64,000 bases of DNA, from assembly GCA_951406725.2 (NCBI GenBank), contig OX597817.1, positions 24,614,001-24,678,000 on the forward strand. Direction: 5' to 3'. The notes beneath the pieces are model-generated. The model was not told the DNA's origin. It saw only the letters and a list, made by a program, of their open reading frames with translations, and ran no database searches. The position numbers and the translations under genes are program-made. Below are positions 38,310-50,289 of the stretch, one piece after another (position 1 is the first letter of the stretch; every line of letters begins with the position of its first letter). This DNA is from Octopus vulgaris. Its lineage: Eukaryota.

Positions 38310-38918
38310 CATATATGTTATACAATATATCAACCTCAACCTTGTTGAGTGTCAATAACTGGTCTCAAGGCTAAAGTACTTTCTGGTTCTTAAGTGAATC
38401 CTTGTCCAACGATCAACATTGTTGTACATGTGGGGTTGGTATAAAAGTTCATCAGAGATTTGAGAATCTTCTTAGCATGCATCGTGACTTTGAAGGGTTT
38501 AGTTGTGTTTTTCATTAGGGATTGTGAGGTATAAGATTGTTTCCTTGATATGCATATTCATTCTTAAAGTCTACTATCAGAATTTCCTTCTTTTCTTCCT
38601 GCCTTCTTTCCCACTCACCTACCTACCTACTCCTATCAACCTACCCAACACAGTTTTCATTTGACAGACTTTGCTTATATGGCCATAATAAATTTGAGAC
38701 TACACGAAGATACTTGAATAAGGTGGTGTACTCACCTACATAGCTGCAAAATAAATGTCTCAACCACATAACCACACATACATATACAAATCAAACATAT
38801 CACATATGCATATACACATCACTCACACTCACACATATATATATATTCATATGTGTATGTGTGAACGTCATTGTGCTTTATATCTATCTATCTATCTATC
38901 TATCAATCTATCTAACTA

Positions 38919-38967
<49 letters not shown>

Positions 38968-38996
38968 AAATATGTGAGATCCTTGGTACAGTTGGG

Positions 38997-39212
38997 TATA
39001 TCTGAAAAAAGAAAAAGAAAGACTTCACTGATTTATTATTTTTTAATTTTTTTAATAATATAAATTTTTAGTTCATAAATCTAGTAGGTTCATTGTTTAA
39101 AGAACTTACTAGATTTATGAACTAAAATTTATATTATTAAAAAATTAAAAAATAATAAATCAAGTTGATTAGAACTACCAGTGAGGTCATTTTTTTTTCT
39201 TTTTACAAATAT
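38997..39212. repeat. Inverted repeat between (TA)n tracts
   Basis: Near-perfect arms of about 57 bp (39029-39086 and 39108-39162), with more diverged outer arms (gacttcactg / cagtgaggtc). Confidence 0.85.
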
Positions 39213-41516
39213 ATATATATGCACATATGGAAAGACAGGCAGTAAGACAGACAGGCAGGTAGATAGATATGTGTATGTGCCTGTGTGTTCCTGCATGTGT
39301 CCAGTGTACACGTGTCCATATGTTTAGATGTATATTAAATGGAAAGTATACATTTTAATGATGAAATGTAAAACAGGATAAATCATCTTATATTTGTAAT
39401 TTGGTAAGCTAAACATAATGATTCATGTTCGTATTTGTGTCACATTTCTGAAACATGATGACTTTTTTGATCAAAGCAGATGAAAATTACATTTACACAA
39501 TATTTTTGACAAATTCATAATGTACACATATTACATGGTTTCATACACATATTTTATACAAGTATACATACACAAGCACGCACATATAAATACATATGTA
39601 TATAAATTATTTCATATTACCTTATGCACACACACACACACACACACACAAACGTATGTATGTAATTTGATATAAAACTGGTAATGTTTTGGGGGGGATA
39701 TAAAAGCAAAGAGTATTTTGTTACTTATCCCATTTCATAATTTCTCATTTTTCTCAATTAAAGAGTTCAGCTTCAGTAAGCCGAATCTACAAAATTCTTG
39801 GCATTAAACAAATCTCTACTTTCAATATGAAATGCAGTTCAAATATCTGTGTACAACTTAATTAATGTCAGTGGTAATGGGTGAAATTACACCTGCATAA
39901 TTTTGGTGCTGTCACCATATTTGTCAGAAAGTAGACTCTCCCACACTTTATGATCACCCCTGTTCAAATTTTAATTAGTTTACAGTTTGGTGCTGTCTCT
40001 CTTGCCTTTTTAAATCAGAATGTTATTAGGCTAATGACTTTTCTCCTAAGGTGTTTAACTTATTTATTTATTTATTCATTTTTTCTCATCTTTTAATGAA
40101 GAGTCAAGGCTGTGCCTATGATGCTTTTACAAGGCCTCTGACTTGTGTGTATGAGATGGGGTGGTACCCTCAAATCAGAGACCTGATCTGAATGCTTACA
40201 GCAAAGAGGACTCTCTTAAATATATTGATACTGAAGGTACTGAATGATGGTGTCTAATGAGGCAACACAAGAAAGCCATAGGGTAAATTGAACTCAATGC
40301 AAAATCCACAAGTACCACAAGGCATCTAGTGTGATATTCTTATAGGTCTGCCATTTCACTTTCCTAGATTGGTTCTTTTTATCAACCTTGTAAGAGAAAA
40401 TGGCAAAGTTGACTACAGCAGGATTTGAACACTGAGTGCAGAGCATTGAAGCAAATAGCACGTGGCATTCCATCCAGTGCTCTAATGACTCTGCCAATGT
40501 ATCTCTTTAATTACCAGGTTGATTTTCATTAATTGAAATATATTTTAGTTCACTGCATTAAGTATGTTAACACTTTATATAACAATACAATACTTGTGTA
40601 TATAACAGTATTTGATATAGTTTCTAAGTTTAGAACAACTTGATAGGATATATAATTATTTTGTGAGAAAATAATTCTTAATGTTTCGGTCCACACATTC
40701 CGGGCGAAGACTCTGTGCTCATAAATAACCCAGTCAAGCATGTGACCTTCCATTAACCATTAAAGTTTCTATCTAAATAGAAATGATATAAGCAAGAAAA
40801 TTACTTATTCAATGAGAAATATAATTTGAATGCTAACTTTAGAGAAGGGCAAGGCTAATTTTCTAATTCATAAATTGAAAAATAATTATCTGAATTATGT
40901 GTTGCACAACAGTAGAGGCATGATTTAGAGGTGAAGCTGGGAGCTTGTCGTTAATTACTATGCTGATTGCAGAATGACCTCGTGCATGAATTGAATTAAA
41001 GAACTGAGAAAACGAGAAGCAATAAACATCATATTATTGTTTATGCAAGGAGTCTGCAACATCCTTTGCCGAAGCAATTTCCTTTGAAACTACAAGGTCT
41101 GTTTGAAAGAAGAGAGGCTATTATAATTTAATGTCCCACCCTCACTCACTCACTGGAATTTCATTTATTGAAAGAAAGTGACAGTTCAGGAGGCTGAGTA
41201 TGAAGTGTTTAGACCTGCAACAATTCATTAATGTTAATGTGATTATTGTTTAATTTCTATCATGTGTGAGATCATGTATAGCAGTCAAAAGTTCACAGGA
41301 TGGGTGTAGGAATGGTTGTGTTGTTAAGAGGTCCACTCTACAACCATGTGGTTCTGCATTCAATTCCATTGCTCAGCATCTCATGGAAGTGTCTTCTATC
41401 GTAGCCTTATATCGTAGCCTTGAGTGAAATTTCATGGATGGAAAACATGCAGAAACCTATCTGTCGTAATGTATATCTATCATGTGTTTATGTGTATGCA
41501 TGTATTTTTATGCAGC

Positions 41517-41547
<31 letters not shown>

Positions 41548-41553
<6 letters not shown>

Positions 41554-41975
41554 AATATTAGGGAATGAATCCAAAATTACAGGGAAAAATCAGATTTAGG
41601 GTTAAATCCAATTTTATAGTAAAATATTATATAATATAATTCGAGACAAAACCACTATTTTAAAACCAAACAAGGAAAGACTTAATCAATACATAAAATC
41701 AATATATAAAATTTTAATTCACTTCAAAATTTGATACTGATTAGAAGATCGAAAATCCACCTGAAGATTGTCGGTAGCAGACACGAAACATTTGTAGTGG
41801 CGGTTTATTTAATTTATATTAAAATTTTATGTATTGATTAAGTCTTTCCTTGTTTGGTTTTAAAATAGTGGTTTTGTCTCGAATTATATTATATAATATT
41901 TTACTATAAAATTGGATTTAACCCTAAATCTGATTTTTCCCTGTAATTTTGGATTCATTCCCTAATATTTATTAT
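41548..41975 (+). mobile_element. Penelope-like element insertion: inverted partial pseudo-LTR plus a 5'-truncated copy, within (TA)n
   Basis: 152-bp inverted arms 41548-41699 and 41824-41975 with no mismatch seen. Hammerhead motif in the spacer; (TA)n on both sides. Confidence 0.8.
41757..41800 (+). ncRNA. Minimal type I hammerhead ribozyme motif
   Basis: Stem I ccac/gtgg, core CTGAAGA, stem II tgtc..gaca, cGAAA, very short stem III ca-tt-tg, cleavage triplet GTA. Confidence 0.7.
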
Positions 41976-41997
41976 TATATATATATATATATATATA

Positions 41998-42136
41998 TTC
42001 TTTACTACCCACAAGGGGCTAAACACAGAGGAGACAAACAAGGACAGACAAAAGGATTAAGTCGATTACATTGACCCCAGTGCGTAACTGGTACTTAATT
42101 TTTCGACCCCGGAAGGATGAAAGGCAAAGTCGACCT
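41998..42136 (-). mobile_element. SINE family D, 5'-truncated, between (TA)n tracts
   Basis: Reverse complement of the 3' half of family D. Confidence 0.9.
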
Positions 42137-42505
42137 TTATATATATATATATGAGTATGAAATATTCATGTATACACACACACACATAGACATCATATGC
42201 AAACTCTGTGGTGCTCTTTACACTGGAGAAACAGGGCGACACCATGGGGATATTTTCACAAACACATCAGAAGCATAATGTTTCATTCAGTTCCATGCTA
42301 TTTCAAATTTCATAGGCTCCTAACAAGAGTCCAATTCCTTCAAGCCTGAACTTAGTCAGATACTCATTTTATATATATATTGTTAGGCATTGCAAAACTA
42401 ATGGCCTGGAGTAGAGCTCAATGGATGTTTGCTTCACAACAAAATGTTAGATTAGTAAAGACTGATAATAAGAAAATGAAGTGACATCTGTATTGACTTT
42501 CTCAT

Positions 42506-43170
42506 TCATCATCATCATCATCAGCAGCATCGTTTAACGTCCGTTTTTCATGCTAGCATGGGTTGGATGATTTGAGTGGGGACTGGCGAACCAGATGGCT
42601 GCACCAGGCTCCAATCTTGTTCTGGCAGAGTTTCTACAGCTGGATGCCCTTCCTAATGCCGAGAGTGTAGTGAGTGCTTTTATGTGCCACTGGCACGAGG
42701 GCCAGTCAGGTGGTACTGGCAATGGCCACGCTTAAATGGTGTTTTTTACGTGCCACCTGCACAGGAGCCAGTCCAGCGGCACTAGCAACGACCTTGCTCA
42801 AATGCTTTTTCATGTGCCTGTAAGGCGACGCTGGTAACGATCATGCTCGAATGGTGCTTTTTACATGCCACCAGCACAGAAGCCAGTTTGCTGCTCTGGC
42901 AACAATCTTGCTCAGATGGTGCTCTTAGTGCTCCACTAGCACAGATGCTAGTCATCGAATTTGATTTCAATTTCATTGGATTTGATTTAGATTTCACTTG
43001 CCTCAACAGGTTTTCGCAAACAGAGTTTAGTGTCCAATGAAGGAAAGGTACGCATAAGTGGGCTAGTTACACCCCTGGCATAGGCCACGATGTAATGGTC
43101 TCATTTGGCTTGCCGGGTCTTCTCAAGCACAGTGTATTTCCAAAAGTCTTGGTCACTAGTCATTGCCTTG
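42506..43170 (-). mobile_element. RTE-like 3' UTR copy with approximately 60-bp tandem units
   Basis: (CAT)n tail and repeated ggtg(c/t)ttttta(c/t)gtgccac..gcac..gccag..ctggcaa units. Homologous to 53333-53793. Confidence 0.85.
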
Positions 43171-44133
43171 TTTAATAATGCATTTCCCAATATATATATA
43201 TGCATAAATGTAATTCATTTCCCAGATAAATTGCACTTCATACTCAAGGCTCCAATGAATCTATAAGGTGTTACTCAGGCACTCAACTATGAGTCCACTG
43301 CATCTCATAGCAGAAACAGCTGTTAGCTAATGAAGTTCATAAGGTAACAATTTATTCCTTTTTCACCTCATTTTCTTAAGTATGTATGTGTATGTTTGTT
43401 TGCATATGTGTATGTTTGTGTTTGTGTGAATTAGTAATGACTACATGTGTGTTTGTTTTAAACAATGGCCTCACAAAGGAACAACGTCATTATCTTTCAG
43501 TCCACCACAAAAGTATGTCTGGACTCTTAGACAAGTCTTGACATGCTGCACAATCTTTGCAAAAAAAAAAAGAAAGACTCATTCAACTATTGTCGATTGT
43601 TTTTAGTTCCTCTGTGTAATCATGTCTAGGTTATTTGATGCTTGAAATACTGGGAAATTAATACATTGCTTGGAAACACGTTAGGAATGGCATCAGACAG
43701 TAAAGAACTCTGCTCCAGCTTAGTGTCAGCTAACCCATGAAAGCATGGAAAAAATGTTAAAACAATGGTGGTGGTGGTGAGGGGGAGGAGGAGGAAAACT
43801 CAAGAAATTAGAACAGTGTAAGGAAATGAAAGACTCAGTACCAACAATGCTGTCTGAAAGCAGGGACACATGAGGCAGTTTCCCAGGAACATCATGGGCC
43901 TAAGGGCTTAGTTCTGACCTCTGTATATGACGGTTTGCTGTCAATAAAGAACTACAATAGGGTCCAGTGCACTGATTTACACAGAGGCCTATAATGCTGC
44001 TAAGATGGCCCTGGGTACTGATGAAGGTTCTTCCTCCAATATTACATATCTCTAGTCGTTATGAAACTTGTATATATATATGTGTGTGTGTATGTGTGTA
44101 GAAGTTTGAAAAGTAACACATGGGTTGATATGT

Positions 44134-44424
44134 ATAAGGAAAATAAGACAAGGTAGAAAATGCTAAAATAATTTCTTCACAAAGAGCATTTTGGTACTGG
44201 TTTCATTCTTTTCAATTTTTCAACTTGGAAAATGTGCTACCAATTTGAAGACTATGGGAATAGTTTAAAAAAACATTTCATTTAATTTTTTCACAATTCA
44301 ATTGTTTTTCTTTTCTTTTTTTTTTTTGCTTTACTCTCAGTTGTAAAAGTTGAAAAGACTGAAGCTGGTACAAAATGTTCTTCATGATAAAATTATCTTA
44401 GCATTTCCTACCTTGTCCTATTTT

Positions 44425-44465
<41 letters not shown>

Positions 44466-44586
44466 AGGAAAATAGGACAAGGTAGGAAATGCTAAGATAA
44501 TTTTATCATGAAGAACATTTTGTACCAGCTTCAGTCTTTTCAACTTTTACAGTAAATATAAAATAAATATAAAAATAGTTGGTGAA

Positions 44587-44639
<53 letters not shown>

Positions 44640-44675
44640 TTCACCAACTATTTCTATATTTATTTTATATTTACT
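44134..44675. repeat. Compound fold-back repeat: three copies of an approximately 90-bp unit plus a 40-bp inverted pair, centred on two (TA)n tracts
   Basis: 44342-44430 is the exact reverse complement of 44463-44551. 44551-44590 vs 44636-44675 has one mismatch. An older diverged copy lies at 44134-44224. Confidence 0.92.
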
Positions 44676-45738
44676 TTTATTAGAATCTGTAATCCTATAG
44701 GTATAACTACTTTAGTAAGCGTTTAGTTAAACATCATTTCTGAATTTTTATTAGCTAACACATATATGTATGTTACTATCACATTTTTGACAAGTTTATT
44801 CATTTTTGTTGTACATGAAAGAATTATTTCTACTCAGTATAACTGTAGATCTCCATGCCCACCACTCTTTCTACATTACTCCGATTAGCTTTATTTTTAT
44901 CAGGGATGTCTTCTTTCCAAAGCATTACAATACATATGTGAATTTTGTTCAATTATGTATTTTATGTTTTAAGAAGATAAAAAAACAAACTAACTTTTCA
45001 AGTATAGAAATCTTTTTGAAATTTTAAAAGAAACCATATACATACATTGATAGCCTGTTTACAAGAGGTTTGTCTTAGTGCTGTTGGATATAATATCACT
45101 TAGTACTGTTAGATATGATATCTTATGAGATAGAACTTGATACTATTTTCAACAATAATTCTGTAACATCAGTAACATATAAAACATTAGCTTTTTAATA
45201 TTTGGAAGGCAGTTTTAGCTTGTTTCTAAAGTTAAGAAGAAAGAAATTGTTGTTGCAAGCACTATGGTATTTTATCAGAAGCCAAAACAGTGTTTTGTGC
45301 TGTAGAACATGGTGTTTCTGATTAAGTTATTATCTTCTCTTCTGCTTAGTATTAATCTAGGCTCTTCAATGCAATCTTTCTAAATGTTGATGATCTGATT
45401 GCATCAAAAGTATCTAAGAAATATTATCTTTCTAAATCACCATCATCTTCATTTGAAGACTGTTTCCCATACTGGTATGGATTGAATGGTCAGAGTTTAG
45501 GTGCCAATGAGGCACATGTAGACTTGAGACCTTTTATTTTTCTTTGAATTTAGAAGAAAGAGCCATGGCCACTGCTTTCAAAGACCCTCTCATTACCAGT
45601 GAGATTGATGTCATTAATATTTCACATAGATAGCTGCAAGTTGACAGTTGTAGAAAAGTTAGCAGAATGGGAATTTTAGGTTTGAAATATCTGCTGGTTT
45701 TGGTACATTGGTAATGAGTATCATTGGTAATGATAGAA

Positions 45739-45964
45739 GGCGGCGAGCTGGCAGAATTGTTAGCACGTCGGGCGAAATGCTTTGCGGTATTTCGGCTGCC
45801 GTTACGTTCTAAGTTCAAATTCTGCCGAGGTCGACTTTGCCTTTCATCCTTTCGGGGTCGATAAATTAAGTACCAGTTACGCACTGGGGTCGATGTAATC
45901 TAGTTAATCCGTTTGTCCTTGCTTGTCCCCTCTGTGTTTAGCCCCTTGTGGGTAGTAAAGAAAT
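45739..45964 (+). mobile_element. SINE family D
   Basis: Full-length homology. Confidence 0.93.
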
Positions 45965-46305
45965 ATGTAATTATTAGAGGTGAGAGGCAAGATTTGGATC
46001 TTCCCTTGTAAAGGTGGTATGAGACCAGCTAACTCCAAAGCAGAAACAAGAGGCTAAATGCATGTAGTTCAAAGTCTGGAGTGTGTCTGTAAGTATTGTT
46101 ATCCCAATGAGCCATGTTTTCTTTCCCTTGATTCAATACAGGTTATTTGCATGTGTAGTGGTGGCACTGACCCAGATGTCAGAGAACTACTCTACTGTGG
46201 AGCCCTGCTGGGTTTTGTAGAATGTCAGAGATTATTGGGTCTGAAATAGTTTCTGGCCTTGAATAGAAAGGGCATATTTGATTTAGATAAATGATTATCA
46301 TGTTT

Positions 46306-46710
46306 AGGCGCAGGAGTGGCTGTGTGGTAAGTAGCCTGCTTACCAACCACATGCTTCTGGGTTCATTCCCACTGCGTGACACCTTGGGCAAGTGTCTTCT
46401 ACTAAGTCTCGGGCCGACCAAAGCCTTGTGAGTGGATTTGGTAGATGGCAACTGAAAGAAGCCCAATATATATATGTATATATATATGTTGTGCATGTGT
46501 ATTTATGTGTTTGTGTTTGTCCCCCCAACATTGCTTGACAACCAATCCTGGTGTGTTTACGTCCCCGTAACTTAGCAGTTCGGCAAAAGTGAGTGATAGA
46601 ATAAGCACTAGGCTTACAAAGAATAAGTCCTGGGGTTGATTTGCTCGACTAAAGGCAGTGCTCCAGCATGGCAACAGTCAAATGACAGAAACAAGTAAAA
46701 GAGTAAAGAG
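46306..46710 (+). mobile_element. SINE family A
   Basis: Full-length homology. Confidence 0.93.
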
Positions 46711-47224
46711 CTTGCTTTTTTCGTAGTGGGCTATAATTTTTTGTAGGGCTATATGCCGGAGGTAAAAACATGTTGATGTTAGAAAGAAAATAAATAGTTT
46801 TGGCAAATATGTAAAAATAATTCGTAACAGTATTTCTTGTTAAGTACACTGCTTACTTATTTTAATTCCTTTTGAAGATACTAAAGAATTTAAAGAAATT
46901 CATAATATGATTAAACTTTTCATAATCAAGTTTGTATTTGACATATAACTTAATAAAAAGTTCTTAAGAAAAAGTCATTATTGAATGTTTTAATTTAAAC
47001 ATTAACTCTTTATAACAAGAAGCTTTTTATTGTTGGATCAGAGATAATTGCAGGCAAGCTAATATAAAAAGTGTTAAGTAATTTTATTGAAGCAGTGGGG
47101 ATTTATAGTAACAAGGAACAAATTAGGCAAATTATTTCACATAGAGGATACAAAATTTTGAGTTTCTTAAGAATCCAATGTTGTTTGTAGAAATTACATT
47201 AAGTTAAAATATCTGAACTGTTTT

Positions 47225-48073
47225 TGTATGGGCTATGACAGCTGAGGTCATGTGTAAGCTTGAAAGAAATGAAGCCAATATGCTTCACTGGCATCTTCAG
47301 TGAAAATTTAGGCATAAGAGAAATGAATCTGATGTATTGTGCAAGGGAGACAGCTCTGCTGGTATGGTCATGTGAAGCATATGGACATGGACAGCTGTGT
47401 AAAGAAGTGCCATTCTCTAACTATGGAAGGAACCTGTGGTGGGGGTAAGACACCATGGGACAAGGTGCTGAAGCATGATCTTTGAACTTTGAACCTCACA
47501 GAGGCAATGACTGGTGACTGAGACCTTTGGTGATGTGCTGTGCTTAAGAGGACCAGTCAAATCAAGTGCACCTAAGCTGGTAGCACGTAGAAACATTTTT
47601 TGAATATTGGGCCTCACGGAGCAAAATGGCTGAGTTCCTCTTGAACATTAGGCCTCATGGAGACAAAGTGTCTGAATTCCTTTCAAGTGTTGGGCCTCAT
47701 GGAGGCAAAGTAGCTGAGTTCCTTTCGAATATTGGACCCCATGGAGGCAATAACCAAGACCTTTGGCATTATGTCATGCTTGAGAAGAAGACCCATCAAG
47801 CCGACCAAAATTCCAATCTTGGCAGATATTGGTGTCATGCAAATTGTCATCCATGCAAGTGGCAAGTAAATGCACCCCAGTGTTATGCAAATGGCACCCA
47901 TGCCAGTGGTACGTAAAAAGCACCCATTACACTCTTGGAGTGGTTGGCATTAGAAAAGGCATCCAGCCTTGGAAAACCATGCCAAATCAGATTGGAGTGT
48001 GCTGCAGCCTTCCAGCATGCCAACCCAGTCAAACTGTCCAACCCATGCCAGCATCAACGACAGATGTTAAATG

Positions 48074-48074
<1 letters not shown>
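47225..48074 (+). mobile_element. RTE-like LINE 3' portion with 39-bp tandem repeats in the 3' UTR
   Basis: WYGHVKHMDMDSCVKKCHSLTMEGTCG remnant, repeat unit aagtggctgagttcctt..gggcctcatggag, and the conserved tail. Confidence 0.85.
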
Positions 48075-48104
<30 letters not shown>

Positions 48105-48702
48105 GTTTTTCTTCTTCCTTCAATTTTGTTTCCATTTCTTGCCAAGGGTCTTCCAGACATCTGGGTCAACTAAACTCATTGTATACATTTATAGACCATT
48201 AAAATTAACACACCAAATTGTTCATTTACAAAATGAAATAAAATTATGAAGAAAATAATTATTCACATCAATAGTAATTGTTCTCACAGCAACAATGCTC
48301 TTCTCAATATGTGCAAAGTACAAACCAAAACATTCTTTTGCACTTCTTGCAAGGATGCTAGGCAAGGTGTCAGCATCAACTAATTTTCATTTCCATTTTT
48401 GATCATTCCTAGTGCTTCTACAATCACTGATATTATAATTATCCAGAGATGTTGCATTGGCTTGATTTCAATGAACAAATATTTATATTTTCTCAGCTTG
48501 TCAAATTCTTTTGCTGGAATATTATGATGACAAGGTATACTCATGTCAATCAATAATCAAGTGTTATTATTGTGGTCTTTTACAACAATATCCAGTATAT
48601 TAGCTTTGATAGTTTTGCCTGTATGTACTGGAAAGTCTCCCAAAAATTGTTACATTTTCTTCCTCAGTTATAGCTTCTGGGAGATGGTTATACTATTTGT
48701 TA
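48074..48702 (-). mobile_element. R4/Dong-type LINE 3' end (REL endonuclease) abutting (TAA)n
   Basis: DFPVHTGKTIKANILDIVVKDHNNNT*LLIDMSIPCHHNIPAKEFDKLRKYKYL...VIVEALGMI...LQEVQKNVL. Confidence 0.85.
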
Positions 48703-49271
48703 ACAGTTTTGATTTTATAATTTTGACTCCGCCTCCTCTTCCTCCTTGTCGTCACCATCATCGTCATCGTCGTCGTCATTGCCTTCATTGTCGTCATCAT
48801 CAACCTCGTAATTGTATTGCAGAAAGTAACAGCAATAAAGTTAATGATGACATTTATCGTAAAAATGTTCATAGAAATGTTGATAGAGGTGTTAATAGTA
48901 AAAATTGTAGTAATAAAGTTGCTGATAATAAAAGTGATTATGTAAATCATAATAATTAATCTTGGTGAAGTTGTAATGGGTGATGATGATGATGATGACG
49001 ATGATGATGATGACGACGGCGATGATGATGGCAAAGATAATGGATAAACATTGCAGCTAGTATGAACTTGTTTAAAGATGTATTTAAAATCGTATTATTA
49101 ATGGGAGAAAATAAAAAATTAATTTGTTGATAAAAATATAGAACAGAGAAGGTAATGGAGTAATAAATAAGAGCTAATATGATAAGGGGTTATATATATT
49201 TTTATCCAGGTATATGAACGGTCATAGTTTTGATAGTGTAAGGACCATTAATTCACCTTTTGGAAATTCTT

Positions 49272-49306
<35 letters not shown>

Positions 49307-49784
49307 GACTCTATTTTGAGAGATAAGAAGAAGAGGGAGTGTTTGTAATAAAAATTAAGTTTTTATATCAGATTCACCTCAATGAGAAATGAGTTAGTGA
49401 GGAAATTGTGGTAAACCATTAGTGGGTTGCAGTGTACAGAGGATTTATGGTAATGAGTACTATATTATGCTAGTCACTGAGATGCAAAAGCATTAGTGTG
49501 TAAGTACTGTTGTCTGAGAGGAGAAGAAAGATGCTTGTGCATAATGAGGAGTAAGTTAGGGGTCCCAAAGGGAGAGTTGGTCAAGTTGTTTGTAGCTATG
49601 TTAGTTTTAGAAAGGCAAAGTTAAAGAGAGGGGTGAGATTGCTATCATCAGTAGTATTTAGGATTAGTTTAAGAGAATTTTTAAAGTTTCAGTTTAAAGT
49701 TTGGTTTCCAAAATTAGTGCACACACATGCTGGTTCCATGTAAAAGCACCCGTCCAGTAACATATAAAAGAACCTGTGCCAGTA

Positions 49785-50050
49785 CTGAAAGAAGCCCGTC
49801 GTATATATGTATATATATATATGTGTGTGTGCGTGTATGTTTGTGTGTCAGTGTTTGTCCCCCTAGCATTGCTTGACAACCGATGCTGGTGTGTTTATGT
49901 CCCTGTCACTTAGCGGTTCGGCAAAAGAGACCGATAGAATAAGTACTGGGCTTACAAAGAATAAGTCCCAGGGTCGAGTTGCTCAATTAAATGTGGTGCT
50001 CCAGCATGGCCACAGTCAACTGACTGAAACAAGTAAAAGAGTAAAAGATA
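49785..50050 (+). mobile_element. SINE family A 3' half, inserted in an RTE-tail fragment (about 49725-50232)
   Basis: Homology to both families. Confidence 0.85.
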
Positions 50051-50289
50051 AAAGAAAAGTACAAAGTAAAGCACCCAGTACACTCTGTAAAGTGGTTGGC
50101 ATTAGAAAAGGTATCCTGCCTTAAGAGCCATACCAAAAGAAACAATCAGAGCCTGGGCAGTTCTCCAGCTGGTCAGATCCTCTCAAACTTTCCAGCCCAT
50201 GCTAAAATGGAAAACAGACATTAAATGATGATAAAATATCTGCAACTGGATCCAGAGGAGAATTTATGTGTGAATTCCTTAGTACAACA

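Noticed and set aside
38340-38575. Possible Penelope RT remnant (IH-K..LALRPVID) on the minus strand
   Set aside because: Only one short, frameshifted motif; too weak to call without a profile search.
42670-42950. Regularly spaced repeats of about 60 bp, superficially CRISPR-like (also 53495-53790 and 22620-22830)
   Set aside because: The spacers are homologous to each other, the units are degenerate, there are no cas genes, and they lie in the 3' UTR of a eukaryotic RTE.
47626-47916. ORF with 13-aa repeats (KVAEFLSSVGPHGG)
   Set aside because: A 39-bp tandem repeat in an RTE 3' UTR.
48543-49034. His/Arg- and Ser/Thr-rich ORFs
   Set aside because: Degenerate trinucleotide repeats plus antisense R4/Dong sequence.
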